A stretch of DNA of 64,000 bases from positions 58,245-122,244 of the forward strand of contig SAAU01000001.1 in the NCBI GenBank assembly GCA_009929265.1. Direction: 5' to 3'. This document shows, piece by piece, positions 48,641-57,301 of the stretch. How positions within the stretch are numbered: the first letter of the stretch is position 1; each line of letters starts with the position of its first letter. The notes under the pieces are model-generated. The model was given only the letters and a program-made list of their open reading frames with translations. It did no database searches and was not told the origin of the DNA. The translations under genes and the position numbers were made by a program. Origin of the DNA: Alphaproteobacteria bacterium. GTDB lineage: Bacteria > Pseudomonadota > Alphaproteobacteria > CASFRQ01 > SAAU01.

Positions 48641-48680
48641 AAAGGCCCTTCATTGATTTGAAGGGCCTTTTTAATTTAAG
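48641..48680. repeat. approximately 40-bp direct repeat, copy 2 (bidirectional terminator between the Cys-rich gene and secB)
   Basis: The hairpin ggcccttcattgatttgaagggcc is followed by a T5 run. It lies 3' of both the plus-strand Cys-rich gene and the minus-strand secB. Confidence 0.7.
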
Positions 48681-48687
48681 GTTTTTG

Positions 48688-49158
48688 TTAGTTTGCTTTT
48701 TCTGCCTTTTGCTTTTCGGCAATTCTTTGACGATAAATGGCCGAAAAATCAATCGGATTTATCATTAAAGGAGGAAATCCACCATCCCGCGTTGCATCTG
48801 AGATAATGTTGCGAACAGCTGGGAACATCAGGTGAGGAATTTCAACAAGCAAGAAAGGTTCGACTTGTTCGGCAGGCACTTTCAATGTGACCAAAGCCCC
48901 GTATTCCAACTCACAAAGAAAAATATCTTTCTTTGTTTCTTTGTCTTTAGCTTCCGCTTTTATGGAAAGGTTGACAGTGTAGAGGCTGTTTTCTTCATTG
49001 AATTTTTCCCCTTTTACATCCACGTTAATTGAAATTTCTGGAGGTTGCTTCATCGCAATCAAAGAATTTGGATTATTTGGCGCTTCAAAAGACAAATCCT
49101 TCACATATTGTGTGTTTATTTGAACAAAAGGAGCTTCCTTATTTTTTTCTTCTGTCAT
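48688..49158 (-). CDS. secB: protein-export chaperone SecB
   Basis: 156 aa. The N-terminus (FVQINTQYVKDLSFEAPNNP...) and overall pattern are typical of SecB. Confidence 0.85.
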   Translation of the reverse strand: MTEEKNKEAPFVQINTQYVKDLSFEAPNNPNSLIAMKQPPEISINVDVKGEKFNEENSLYTVNLSIKAEAKDKETKKDIFLCELEYGALVTLKVPAEQVEPFLLVEIPHLMFPAVRNIISDATRDGGFPPLMINPIDFSAIYRQRIAEKQKAEKAN

Positions 49159-49254
49159 TTTTCTCTCTTTCTATTGAAATTTTTCTTTTTTAGTCATATA
49201 TTATTTGAAAATGAGATATACTCTCTTGGAATAAGATAGGGATAGAAATAAAAA

Positions 49255-49851
49255 ATGTCAAATATTGAATTGCTTATTTTAACGATTATTGTCGTTTTGT
49301 TGGTTGCTCGGTTGAAATCCGTTTTGGGAAAGCCTCCTCATCCGCCAAAGATGCCAAAAACCATTCGTGTCATTTCGGATAAAGACGGAAAAATCCTTCA
49401 AATGCAGCTTTTAGACGCTTTAGCAGAAGAGGGGAAGAAAAAATCCCTTTCTTTAGAAGAGAAAATGAAGCCTCGCTTAACCTCCCTTTATCAAATGATT
49501 GTAAAGTCTTTTGCATCTGGCGATTTGGAAGAGTTAAAAAAGAAGGTTTCTCCAAAAGTTTTTGGCCTTTTTTCAAATGCTATTCAAAAAAGAGAAGAAA
49601 AAAAGCAAAAAATGGAGTTTTCCTTAATTTCCGAACCAAAGGCAAAGATTTTAACGCCTTTGTCTGAAAAAACAACATCCATCACAGTCGAATTTATAAC
49701 GGAACAAGTTAATATTCTAAAAAATAAAAAAGGAAAGGTTATAGAAGGCGATTCCCTTAAAATTGCGGAAATTCAAGACATCTGGACTTTTGTTAAGAAA
49801 GGATCAAATTGGATTTTACAAGAGACAAAAGGGAAAGAGCTTCATGCATAA
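49255..49851 (+). CDS. Tim44-like domain protein (alphaproteobacterial Tim44 homologue)
   Basis: An N-terminal TM helix is followed by a C-terminal NTF2-like region. The position adjacent to secB matches the synteny I recall as widespread in alphaproteobacteria. Confidence 0.6.
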   Translation: MSNIELLILTIIVVLLVARLKSVLGKPPHPPKMPKTIRVISDKDGKILQMQLLDALAEEGKKKSLSLEEKMKPRLTSLYQMIVKSFASGDLEELKKKVSPKVFGLFSNAIQKREEKKQKMEFSLISEPKAKILTPLSEKTTSITVEFITEQVNILKNKKGKVIEGDSLKIAEIQDIWTFVKKGSNWILQETKGKELHA

Positions 49852-50911
49852 AAAGTCCTTTGCCTTCTTTTTAGCTTGCCTTTTAGCCCTTTCTTCTTGC
49901 TCGGTAAAGGAGGAAAAGGATTTTCAAAGGGTTTCGTTTCGCTCTTTAACGGGATGGCAAGAGGAAGATTTTAAAAACCTTTATCCAACCCTAGCTTTAG
50001 CCTGCAAGAGCCCAACTGTTTTTTACGATAAATTCTGCAAAGGTCTTCTTAAGACCTCTCCCGCGTCATTAAAAGCCTATTTAGAGCATAACCTAATTGC
50101 TTATCGCGTTGGGAAGAAGGATGAGTTTGGAAAGTTTACGGGCTATTATGAACCTATTTTTGAAGGCTCCTTTGAAAAAACGCCTGAGTTTTCTGTGCCT
50201 TTAAGAGGAATTCCCAAAAATCTTGTGAAAGTGAACCTAAAAGATTTTGGAAAAGAAGGTTATTTGATTGGAAAAGTCAAAGACGGACATCTTATCCCTT
50301 ATGACGCAAGAGAGGAAATTGAGAACGAAAAGGAAGAAAATGTCCTGCTTTATATGAAGAATTTACCAGATAAATTTATTCTTCAGATTCAAGGATCAGG
50401 CCAGATTCAAACAAATAAAGGGCTTGTCAGAGTTGGATTTTCTGCCTCCAATGGGTTAGAATTCAAAGGAATTGGCACTATTATGCAAAAAGAAGGGGTT
50501 TTAGAAAAAGGAAAAGCCTCTATGCCAGAGATTAAAAAATGGCTGAAAAAACATCCGATAAAGGCTGAAAAGCTGATGAATCAAAATCCGCGCTATATTT
50601 TCTTTAGATTTCTTTCAAATGAAGGGGGCCCTTTGGGAACGCAAGGTATTCCTTTAACAGCAAAACGCTCTTTGGCGGTAGATACACGCTATATTCCGCT
50701 CGGCTCCCTTTTATGGTTGGAAACAAAAGATGGGTTTCATGGAAAATTTAACCATCTGATGATTGCGCAAGATACAGGATCTGCTATCAAAGGAAAAATA
50801 CGCGGAGATGTCTTTTGGGGAACGGGAAAAGAAGCCTTCGCCCAAGCCGGAAGAATGAATAATAAAGGACAATATTTTATTCTTCTTCCAAGAGGGGTTC
50901 GCCTAAAATGA
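49844..50911 (+). CDS. mltA: membrane-bound lytic murein transglycosylase A (lipoprotein)
   Basis: The lipoprotein signal reads MHKKSFAFFLACLLALSSC. The body resembles the MltA/3D-domain family. The ATG at 49844 is preferred over the upstream in-frame extension. Confidence 0.65.
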   Translation: MHKKSFAFFLACLLALSSCSVKEEKDFQRVSFRSLTGWQEEDFKNLYPTLALACKSPTVFYDKFCKGLLKTSPASLKAYLEHNLIAYRVGKKDEFGKFTGYYEPIFEGSFEKTPEFSVPLRGIPKNLVKVNLKDFGKEGYLIGKVKDGHLIPYDAREEIENEKEENVLLYMKNLPDKFILQIQGSGQIQTNKGLVRVGFSASNGLEFKGIGTIMQKEGVLEKGKASMPEIKKWLKKHPIKAEKLMNQNPRYIFFRFLSNEGGPLGTQGIPLTAKRSLAVDTRYIPLGSLLWLETKDGFHGKFNHLMIAQDTGSAIKGKIRGDVFWGTGKEAFAQAGRMNNKGQYFILLPRGVRLK

Positions 50912-51372
50912 TAGAAGATTTTGACTTGTGGGATAAGATTAAGAAATCAATACAACCTATTGATAAAAAAAGTTATATTAAAGAAGATGACTTCCAAAAC
51001 CCCCTTCAATCTTTTGCAAAAAAAATAGCTATCCATCGACATTTTCCAGAGGTTTTATCTTTTAAGCCCGAACGAAAAGAGCTTTCTTTTTCACTAGATC
51101 TTCATGGTAAAACATTGGATGAAGCCTTCTCTTTACTTTCCCATTTTATTGTGGAACATCGAAGACGGGGAACAGAGTTTGTCACAATTATCACTGGAAA
51201 AGGACTAAAGAATGAAGGACTTTTGAAAAAAAATGTTCCTTTATGGCTTGAAAATGAGAAAATAAAAAAGCATATTGTCTCTACGCGAAAAATATTGGAT
51301 TCAAGAGCACAATATGGCTCTTTTTTGGTTTATTTGAAACCGAAAGGTAAGAAAAAAGAATGTATGTATTAG
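50908..51372 (+). CDS. Smr-domain protein
   Basis: The Smr core reads [37 protein letters not shown]. The start overlaps the mltA stop (ATGA). Confidence 0.7.
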   Translation: MIEDFDLWDKIKKSIQPIDKKSYIKEDDFQNPLQSFAKKIAIHRHFPEVLSFKPERKELSFSLDLHGKTLDEAFSLLSHFIVEHRRRGTEFVTIITGKGLKNEGLLKKNVPLWLENEKIKKHIVSTRKILDSRAQYGSFLVYLKPKGKKKECMY

Positions 51373-52706
51373 GGATAGAATCAAGCTGTGACGAAACTGC
51401 AGCAGCCATTGTTTCGGAAAAAAAGGACCTCCTTTCGCATGTCGTTTGGTCCCAGCAGGAACATTTGGCTTTTGGCGGCGTTGTTCCAGAGATTGCCGCA
51501 CGGGCTCATCTAGATAGAATCGATGAGATTGTTCAAGAAACTTTGGATAAGGCGCATCTTACTTTTGATGACTTATCCGCCATTTCTGTCGCCGCAGGCC
51601 CCGGTTTAATTGGGGGCGTCATTGTGGGGGTTATGACAGCAAAAAGCATTTGTGCTGCCAAAAATATCCCTTTTGTGGCCGTTAATCACTTAGAAGGACA
51701 TGCTTTAACGGCAAGGCTAACGAGTGACGTTGAATTTCCATACCTTCTCTTATTGGTTTCAGGAGGGCATTGTCAGCTTCTTGTCGTAGAGGACGTTGGA
51801 AAATACAAAATGCTCGGCACGACGATTGACGATTCGTCAGGAGAAGCGTTTGACAAAGTCTCAAAAATGCTTGGTTTGGGCTATCCTGGAGGACCTAAAA
51901 TCGAAAAAGAGGCCCAAAAAGGCAATCCCAAGCGATTCCGTTTTCCTTCTCCTATGAAGGGCAGGGAAGGGTTTGATTTTTCTTTTTCAGGCCTAAAAAC
52001 AGCCGTTCGTCACCAAATTGAGCTTTTAGGAGACGAAATGACAGAACAAGATATTGCCGATATTTCGGCCTCTTTTCAAAAAGCGGTTTTGGGAAGTTTA
52101 CTTGACAGAGTAAAAAAAGCCATAACGCTTTATAAAGAAAAATATAATGGAAAACACTTGGTTGTTGCAGGTGGGGTGGCCTCAAATCTTGCTTTAAGGG
52201 AAAGTTTAACCTTACTTGCAAAAGAAAACAATTTACAATTTAATGTAGCTCCTGTAAAATTATGCACGGATAACGGGGCTATGATTGCGTGGGCTGGTTT
52301 GGAACGTTTCCGTAAAGGCTATACCAATTCGCTTGACTTCAAAGCACGCCCGAGATGGCCTTTAGAATCACTGAAAAAAGGAGAATACCTTATGAAAATT
52401 ATTAAAGACTCTGAATTTAAAAATACTGTTTTGGAAAATTCAAAACCTGTTGTTGTTGACTTTTTCGCAGAATGGTGCGGACCTTGTCGTCAAATGCTAC
52501 CTATTTTGGAAGAAATTTCAAAGGAAATGGGCGATAAAATTGATATTGTGAAGATGAATATTGATGAAGCTCCAGAAACACCAAATACTTATCAAGTTCA
52601 AAATATTCCAACAATGATTCTTATTAAAGATGGAAAAGAAATTGATAGAAAAGTCGGATCTATGCCAAAACATGTTTTTGAAGAATGGGTTAATTCTCAT
52701 CTTTAG
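51360..52706 (+). CDS. tsaD: tRNA N6-threonylcarbamoyladenosine synthase TsaD fused in frame to thioredoxin
   Basis: Residues 1 to about 340 are Kae1/TsaD ([14 protein letters not shown] and the HLEGH family core, ending RPRWPLESL). No stop follows. The frame continues through AAAAAAGGAGAATACCTT-ATG into a complete thioredoxin with the WCGPC active site. Confidence 0.8.
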   Translation: MYVLGIESSCDETAAAIVSEKKDLLSHVVWSQQEHLAFGGVVPEIAARAHLDRIDEIVQETLDKAHLTFDDLSAISVAAGPGLIGGVIVGVMTAKSICAAKNIPFVAVNHLEGHALTARLTSDVEFPYLLLLVSGGHCQLLVVEDVGKYKMLGTTIDDSSGEAFDKVSKMLGLGYPGGPKIEKEAQKGNPKRFRFPSPMKGREGFDFSFSGLKTAVRHQIELLGDEMTEQDIADISASFQKAVLGSLLDRVKKAITLYKEKYNGKHLVVAGGVASNLALRESLTLLAKENNLQFNVAPVKLCTDNGAMIAWAGLERFRKGYTNSLDFKARPRWPLESLKKGEYLMKIIKDSEFKNTVLENSKPVVVDFFAEWCGPCRQMLPILEEISKEMGDKIDIVKMNIDEAPETPNTYQVQNIPTMILIKDGKEIDRKVGSMPKHVFEEWVNSHL

Positions 52707-52794
52707 GATTTAAAAAGGGCAGGGAAATCCCCTCTCTTTTTAAGCTTTAGACATAAAAAAGCCCCCCAAAAATAGGAGGGCTTTATTTTTTAAT

Positions 52795-53208
52795 CTATTT
52801 TCGAATAAACATAGCGTAAAAAGGCTTACTTGCAAAAAGGACAAACAAAATTGCATGGTATTCCCAATGAATAGCAGCTAAGCTTGGATAAATCTTTACA
52901 AGTAAAAACGAAAAGAATGTCACAGAAATAAGGGTTAGAACCTGACATTCTGGCGTCCAAACCTTTAGAGTATTTTGTATTTTCTCAAAAACACTTTCGC
53001 CTTTTATTGAAAGAATTTTCATCCATATCGGTGAGGCGGCAAGAAGCGCTGTAATAAGGTAAACAGCCCAATTGAGGCTTAAAATCTCTGGATAAAATAT
53101 GGCAATTAAAAATCCCATAAAAACATAAGCCATTTCAATAAAGCTCATATTCAAAATGGTCATTTCACTTCTTAATTTATCTTGAAGAAAAGTATATGTT
53201 GTCATCAT
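52795..53208 (-). CDS. hypothetical small integral membrane protein
   Basis: About 138 aa with 4 predicted TM helices. I trimmed the start to the ATG at 53208, which has AAAGGGGGA 4 nt upstream. The ORF-track N-terminus (to 53385) runs through the tRNA gene and is an artefact. Confidence 0.4.
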   Translation of the reverse strand: MMTTYTFLQDKLRSEMTILNMSFIEMAYVFMGFLIAIFYPEILSLNWAVYLITALLAASPIWMKILSIKGESVFEKIQNTLKVWTPECQVLTLISVTFFSFLLVKIYPSLAAIHWEYHAILFVLFASKPFYAMFIRK

Positions 53209-53307
53209 AAATCCCCCTTTTATATGTGATTGACACATGAAGTTTACAGATAAAAAACTTATAAAATCAAGCTTTTTATCAAAAAAAATAAAAATAAAGG
53301 GAATACT

Positions 53308-53383
53308 TGGCGACCCTAGCGGGAATCGAACCCGCGTTGTTGCCGTGAGAGGGCAATGTCCTAGGCCTCTAGACGATAGGGTC
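53308..53383 (-). tRNA. tRNA-Glu (anticodon CUC), CCA encoded
   Basis: I folded it by hand. The acceptor stem is GACCCTA/TAGGGTC. The D-arm is typical of Glu (TCGTCTAGAGGCCTAGGACA). The anticodon stem TTGCC/GGCAA carries the loop CT-CTC-AC. The T-arm is GCGGG TTCGATT CCCGC, ending in the discriminator and CCA. Confidence 0.8.
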
Positions 53384-53520
53384 ATCTAAAACTTTTCCCT
53401 GTATAACAGCTATAACCTAAAAAAACAAGTTTTATTTTCATAAAAATTAAACTTTCTTTTTTGCTAAAAATATGTTTTTATCTTTTTTATAAAGATAAGC
53501 TAAAAATCAAAGGAAAAATC

Positions 53521-54777
53521 GTGTCTCTTCTCATTAAAAACGCCTTTTTAGACGGAAAAACTGTTGATATTTTTATCAAAAACGGTAAATTTGAAGAAAT
53601 TTTCCCTCATTTAGATATAAGTCAAACCGATGAAATCCTTGATGCTAAAGGGATGGGAATTTTTCCTGCTTTTTATAATACGCATTGCCATTCAGGGATG
53701 AGCGCGCTAAAAGGCCTTGGGGATGGCAAGGGGCTCTTTGATTGGTTGAACGAGGAAATCTTCCCAAGAGAGGCTAAACTAACTCCAGAGGACATTTATA
53801 ACGCCTCTAGGCTATCCATTTTAGAAATGATAAAGACAGGAACTGTTTTCTTTGCCGATATGTATTTTTCGCCAGAGGAAACAATAAAGGCTGTCGAAGA
53901 AATGGGTGTTCGGGCTTTTATTTCCTTTGTCCAGTTTGATTTATTTGATAAGGAAGAAACCAAACGCCGCAAAAAACAAGCGCTTGAGTTTATCTTAAAG
54001 GAAAATCCATGTCCGGATAGGATATTAAAGGGGGTTTCCTGCCATGCCGTTTACACGGTTTCCGAGGATCTTTTCAAATGGACGGCTGATTTTGCCAAAG
54101 AAAAAGGCTTCTACGTTCACATTCATGCCAATGAAACGCAAAAAGAGGTTAAAGATTGCCTTGAAAAATATGGAAAAAGACCTATTGAAATGCTTTATAA
54201 ATGGGGCATTTTAACGCCAAAAACGCTTTTGGCCCATTGTGTTCACCTTAATGATACAGAAATGGATATAATGGCAGAAACAGGCGCTTTTTCGGCAACT
54301 TGCCCGTGCTCAAACATGAAACTTGGGAGCGGATTTTATCCCTACTTAAAAATGAAAGAAAAGAATATCCTTCAAACAATTGGAACAGACGGCGTTTCCT
54401 CCAACAATAACCTCAATATGCTAGAGGAAATGAAATTCACCTCTTTAATGGCAAAGGGAAGGGCGTATGATGCCTCCGTTGCCACAGCTTCAGAAGTTTT
54501 CAAAATGGCAACCGAAAATGGGGCAAAATCTTTTGGTTTTAAGGCAGGAAAGATTAAAGAAGGTTATCTTGCAGATTTTATGCTTGTGGATTTGAACCAC
54601 TATTCAATGAAGCCAGGCTATGATCTTGTTTCCAATTTGGTTTATAGCGCTTCAAGCGAAGCAATTCAAACGGTCGCTTGTCAAGGAAAAATCTTAATGA
54701 AAGATCGCGTTGTAGACAGTGAAGATGAGATTTTAGCCAAAGCAGAATACCTATTTAATAAATTAAAAGATATTTAA
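53521..54777 (+). CDS. amidohydrolase-superfamily deaminase (MtaD/SsnA/chlorohydrolase-like)
   Basis: The HxH metal motif reads NTHCHSGM. Later His and Asp ligands (HIHANET, AHCVHL, GTDG) fit the TRZ/ATZ-type amidohydrolase fold. The GTG at 53521 is preferred because AAAGGAAAA sits just upstream. Confidence 0.55.
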   Translation: MSLLIKNAFLDGKTVDIFIKNGKFEEIFPHLDISQTDEILDAKGMGIFPAFYNTHCHSGMSALKGLGDGKGLFDWLNEEIFPREAKLTPEDIYNASRLSILEMIKTGTVFFADMYFSPEETIKAVEEMGVRAFISFVQFDLFDKEETKRRKKQALEFILKENPCPDRILKGVSCHAVYTVSEDLFKWTADFAKEKGFYVHIHANETQKEVKDCLEKYGKRPIEMLYKWGILTPKTLLAHCVHLNDTEMDIMAETGAFSATCPCSNMKLGSGFYPYLKMKEKNILQTIGTDGVSSNNNLNMLEEMKFTSLMAKGRAYDASVATASEVFKMATENGAKSFGFKAGKIKEGYLADFMLVDLNHYSMKPGYDLVSNLVYSASSEAIQTVACQGKILMKDRVVDSEDEILAKAEYLFNKLKDI

Positions 54778-54832
54778 TATCAGTAGGTTATTTAATTAAC
54801 TTAATTTACTTTATTAAGAATTATTTTAAAAG

Positions 54833-54860
54833 AAAGAGGGGTATTTCTCCTCTTTTTTTA
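54833..54860 (+). terminator. rho-independent terminator after the amidohydrolase gene
   Basis: The hairpin is agagg ggtatttct cctct, followed by a T7 run. Confidence 0.5.
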
Positions 54861-55743
54861 TATTTAAAAAAGGGATTTAATTCTTTTTTTCACCCTATTT
54901 AAGTTCTTTTTTAAGAGAAATATCGATAGAGATTTTAATTTCCTTTCGCCTTTTTTGATAGGATTCCCTTTATTTTTTTATCCAAAAGATATTTTTAAAA
55001 ATGTTTAAGGCCTTTTTTTAACCTCCTGACGCCGTTTTAATAATACTAGAAATATGTGATTAACACTTCTAACATCCCTCTAAAACGCAGTAAAATCGGC
55101 TTAAATACGTATCTTTAGAAGAAGGATGTTCTCAACCTACTTGGCTGATACTCGAAAGAATAGAACGTTAAAAGATCTATATGGGAAAGCCATCTAAACG
55201 TAATTCTTAACAAGATAAAGAAATCTCCTTTGAAAGGAGGCTTGGAAAGATTAAAAAGGGCATTCAAACAGATTCAAAATAAGCATTAAGTACAACCCCT
55301 AACCAAAAGAACTCCTAATGTTTTACGCTTTTTCAAAAAAGATAAGGAAAAAGATGCCCTTGGACATATTCAAAGGAATGGGAAATCATACCTTATTTCA
55401 ATCTTATTTCACTTTAAGTCAACTTTCTTCAAAAACAAAAGAATCTTTAGGGCTTTTGCTGCAAGGTCTTCCTTAGTTTTTCATCTATTAGTATACATAA
55501 TATAAATTATACGACAAATAGAGAGAGACGAAAAAGCCCTATTTAATAAAATAGTTGTTTATAATCATATACTTACTAATGAAAAAAAGGAGTTGTGGAT
55601 AACTCTGTGGGATAAATTCCATTTTTTTGAAATATTCACATCTTTATTTAAATAAAAACTTTATAGTCAATTTTGATAGAATCGATCTCATCGATATAAG
55701 GGACTGTTTTTTTATTTTGGACGACGAGAGCGCCCTGCTCTTT

Positions 55744-55830
55744 AGGATGTGATGAGTCGAACATCGAGGCGCCAACCACCCCCGTCGATGTGAACTCTTG
55801 GGGTATCTGCTTGTATCCCCGGCGTATTTA
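55744..55830 (-). pseudogene. relic fragment of 23S rRNA domain V (peptidyl-transferase region), about 87 nt
   Basis: The plus-strand text reads aggatgtgatgagtcgaacatcgaggcgccaaccacccccgtcgatgtgaactcttggggtatc...atccccgg. It is the reverse complement of the universally conserved 23S segment GGGGATAACAGGCTGAT...CCCAAGAGTTCACATCGACGG...GTTTGGCACCTCGATGTCGGCTCATCACATCCT. Flanking sequence is AT-rich and not rRNA-like. Confidence 0.55.
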
Positions 55831-56731
55831 TCTCCATTTCTCTTATTTTTTCTTTTTTTTCCTTAAAAAAGATATTTCTTCATCTTTTTTAAGCCTTTTA
55901 GAAAGGTTATAAAGAAACTCAAAAGGAAATATGAGTTATAAACTGACAGCTTATACACCTCTTTTAGAAAGCTTTTTGATATAAAATTTCAAGCTTAATT
56001 TTCCTTTATTCTTTAAATAATGCCCTCTTTTTTGAAAAAATAACACTTTAACTTCATTAAGTTAATATACTATTATCAAATAGATATAATAGTTTATTAA
56101 AGTAATATATAAAGATAAAAGAAAAATGCCTCTTTGCCTCAAGCGGCTTTTAAATTCGAAAAAATTTTTAAGTCACGTTGCCTTTTTACTTCTTTTCTTT
56201 TTAAGATGACATAAGGGAAAAATAAAGCAAAGCGAAATTTCTCTTAAAGCCTAATCTTTGAAAAACCAAAAAAGGATAGGAATTTAAAAAGCTATAAGAG
56301 AGGCATTAAAATCCGATTTCTTAGATATAAAAAAGCTATAGACATCCTTAATTTTGCTCATTATGGAAGCTCTTTCCGATTTTGTGCTAGAAATCAGAGG
56401 CAACCCTTTTTATAAAAGAAGGGAAACTTCATACCAGAAAGATAGAACAAGAGGAAAAGTGCCTTAGAAGGAAGTGAAATTCATTTCATTTTGGGGATGT
56501 TATTGGAGGGAAGCCATCTGTTTTGATTATTTGAAGGATTTTCTTTCTTTTTTAAGTAAACGCTTTCAAATTTCATAACACAAAGGAAAACCAATCGTTG
56601 ATACGTAAGCTTTTGAAAACAGAAACTTCCTAAATAAGGTAAAAAACTTAGATATAAAGAGTCGTTCCTAAGAAATATCGCCATAAAAAAAGAGGAGGTT
56701 TCCCTCCCCTTTTAAGCTTTAACAAAGAATT

Positions 56732-57292
56732 TTATTCTTCTGTAGTTGTCTCTTCTTTTACATCAGAAGCCACTTGCATCTTCACGATAATGTCAGGGTT
56801 TGAAACTATCCCATTCATATTTCTATCGCCTTTTTTAATCATATCAACATAGTCCATTCCGTCAACAACTTGACCAAAAACTGTGTATTGATGATCCAAG
56901 AAATGCGCATCAGCAAAACAGATGAAAAATTGACTATCTGCACTGTTAATATCTTGAGCTCTTGCCATAGAAACCGTGCCTCTAACATGTGGCTTATCGT
57001 TAAATTCGGCTTTTAACTTTTGTCCAGATCCGCCCATGCCGTTTCCTTCAGGATCCCCTGTTTGAGCCATAAATCCTTCAATTACACGGTGGAATTTTAG
57101 ACCGTTATAAAATCCTTGGCGTGTCAATTCCTTAATCCGAGCAACATGGTTTGGCGCAACATCTGGAAAAAGTTCGATAACAACCCGACCATAAGGCAAA
57201 TCCATATAAAGTGTATTCTCTAAATCCATTGCGTTTCCTTTCAAAGCAAATCCGATACAAAATAACGTAAGCAGTTTCATAAAGTTTTTCAT
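56732..57292 (-). CDS. ppiB: periplasmic cyclophilin-type peptidyl-prolyl cis-trans isomerase
   Basis: The signal peptide reads MKNFMKLLTLFCIGFALKGNA. The cyclophilin core reads GFYNGLKFHRVIEGFMAQTGDP...GTVSMARA. Confidence 0.8.
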   Translation of the reverse strand: MKNFMKLLTLFCIGFALKGNAMDLENTLYMDLPYGRVVIELFPDVAPNHVARIKELTRQGFYNGLKFHRVIEGFMAQTGDPEGNGMGGSGQKLKAEFNDKPHVRGTVSMARAQDINSADSQFFICFADAHFLDHQYTVFGQVVDGMDYVDMIKKGDRNMNGIVSNPDIIVKMQVASDVKEETTTEE

Positions 57293-57301
57293 TTAAGGTT
57301 C

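Noticed and set aside
46856-48667. The two copies of gcccttcattgatttgaagggc as a possible CRISPR or other repeat array
   Set aside because: There are only two copies and they are 1.8 kb apart. Each is a hairpin plus U-tract terminator, and no cas genes are present. They are better explained as a duplicated terminator or direct-repeat footprint.
52795-53385. ORF-track N-terminus MTLSSRGLGHCPLTATTRVRFPLGSP... of the 196-aa minus-strand protein
   Set aside because: These codons are the translation of the tRNA-Glu gene (53308-53383) on the same strand. The real CDS most likely starts at the internal ATG at 53208, which has a strong RBS.
56481-56684. 67-aa minus-strand ORF inside the coding desert
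   Set aside because: It has no RBS and no recognisable domain, its composition is low-complexity, and it is isolated in AT-rich non-coding sequence next to the ppiB promoter region. It is most likely a chance ORF.
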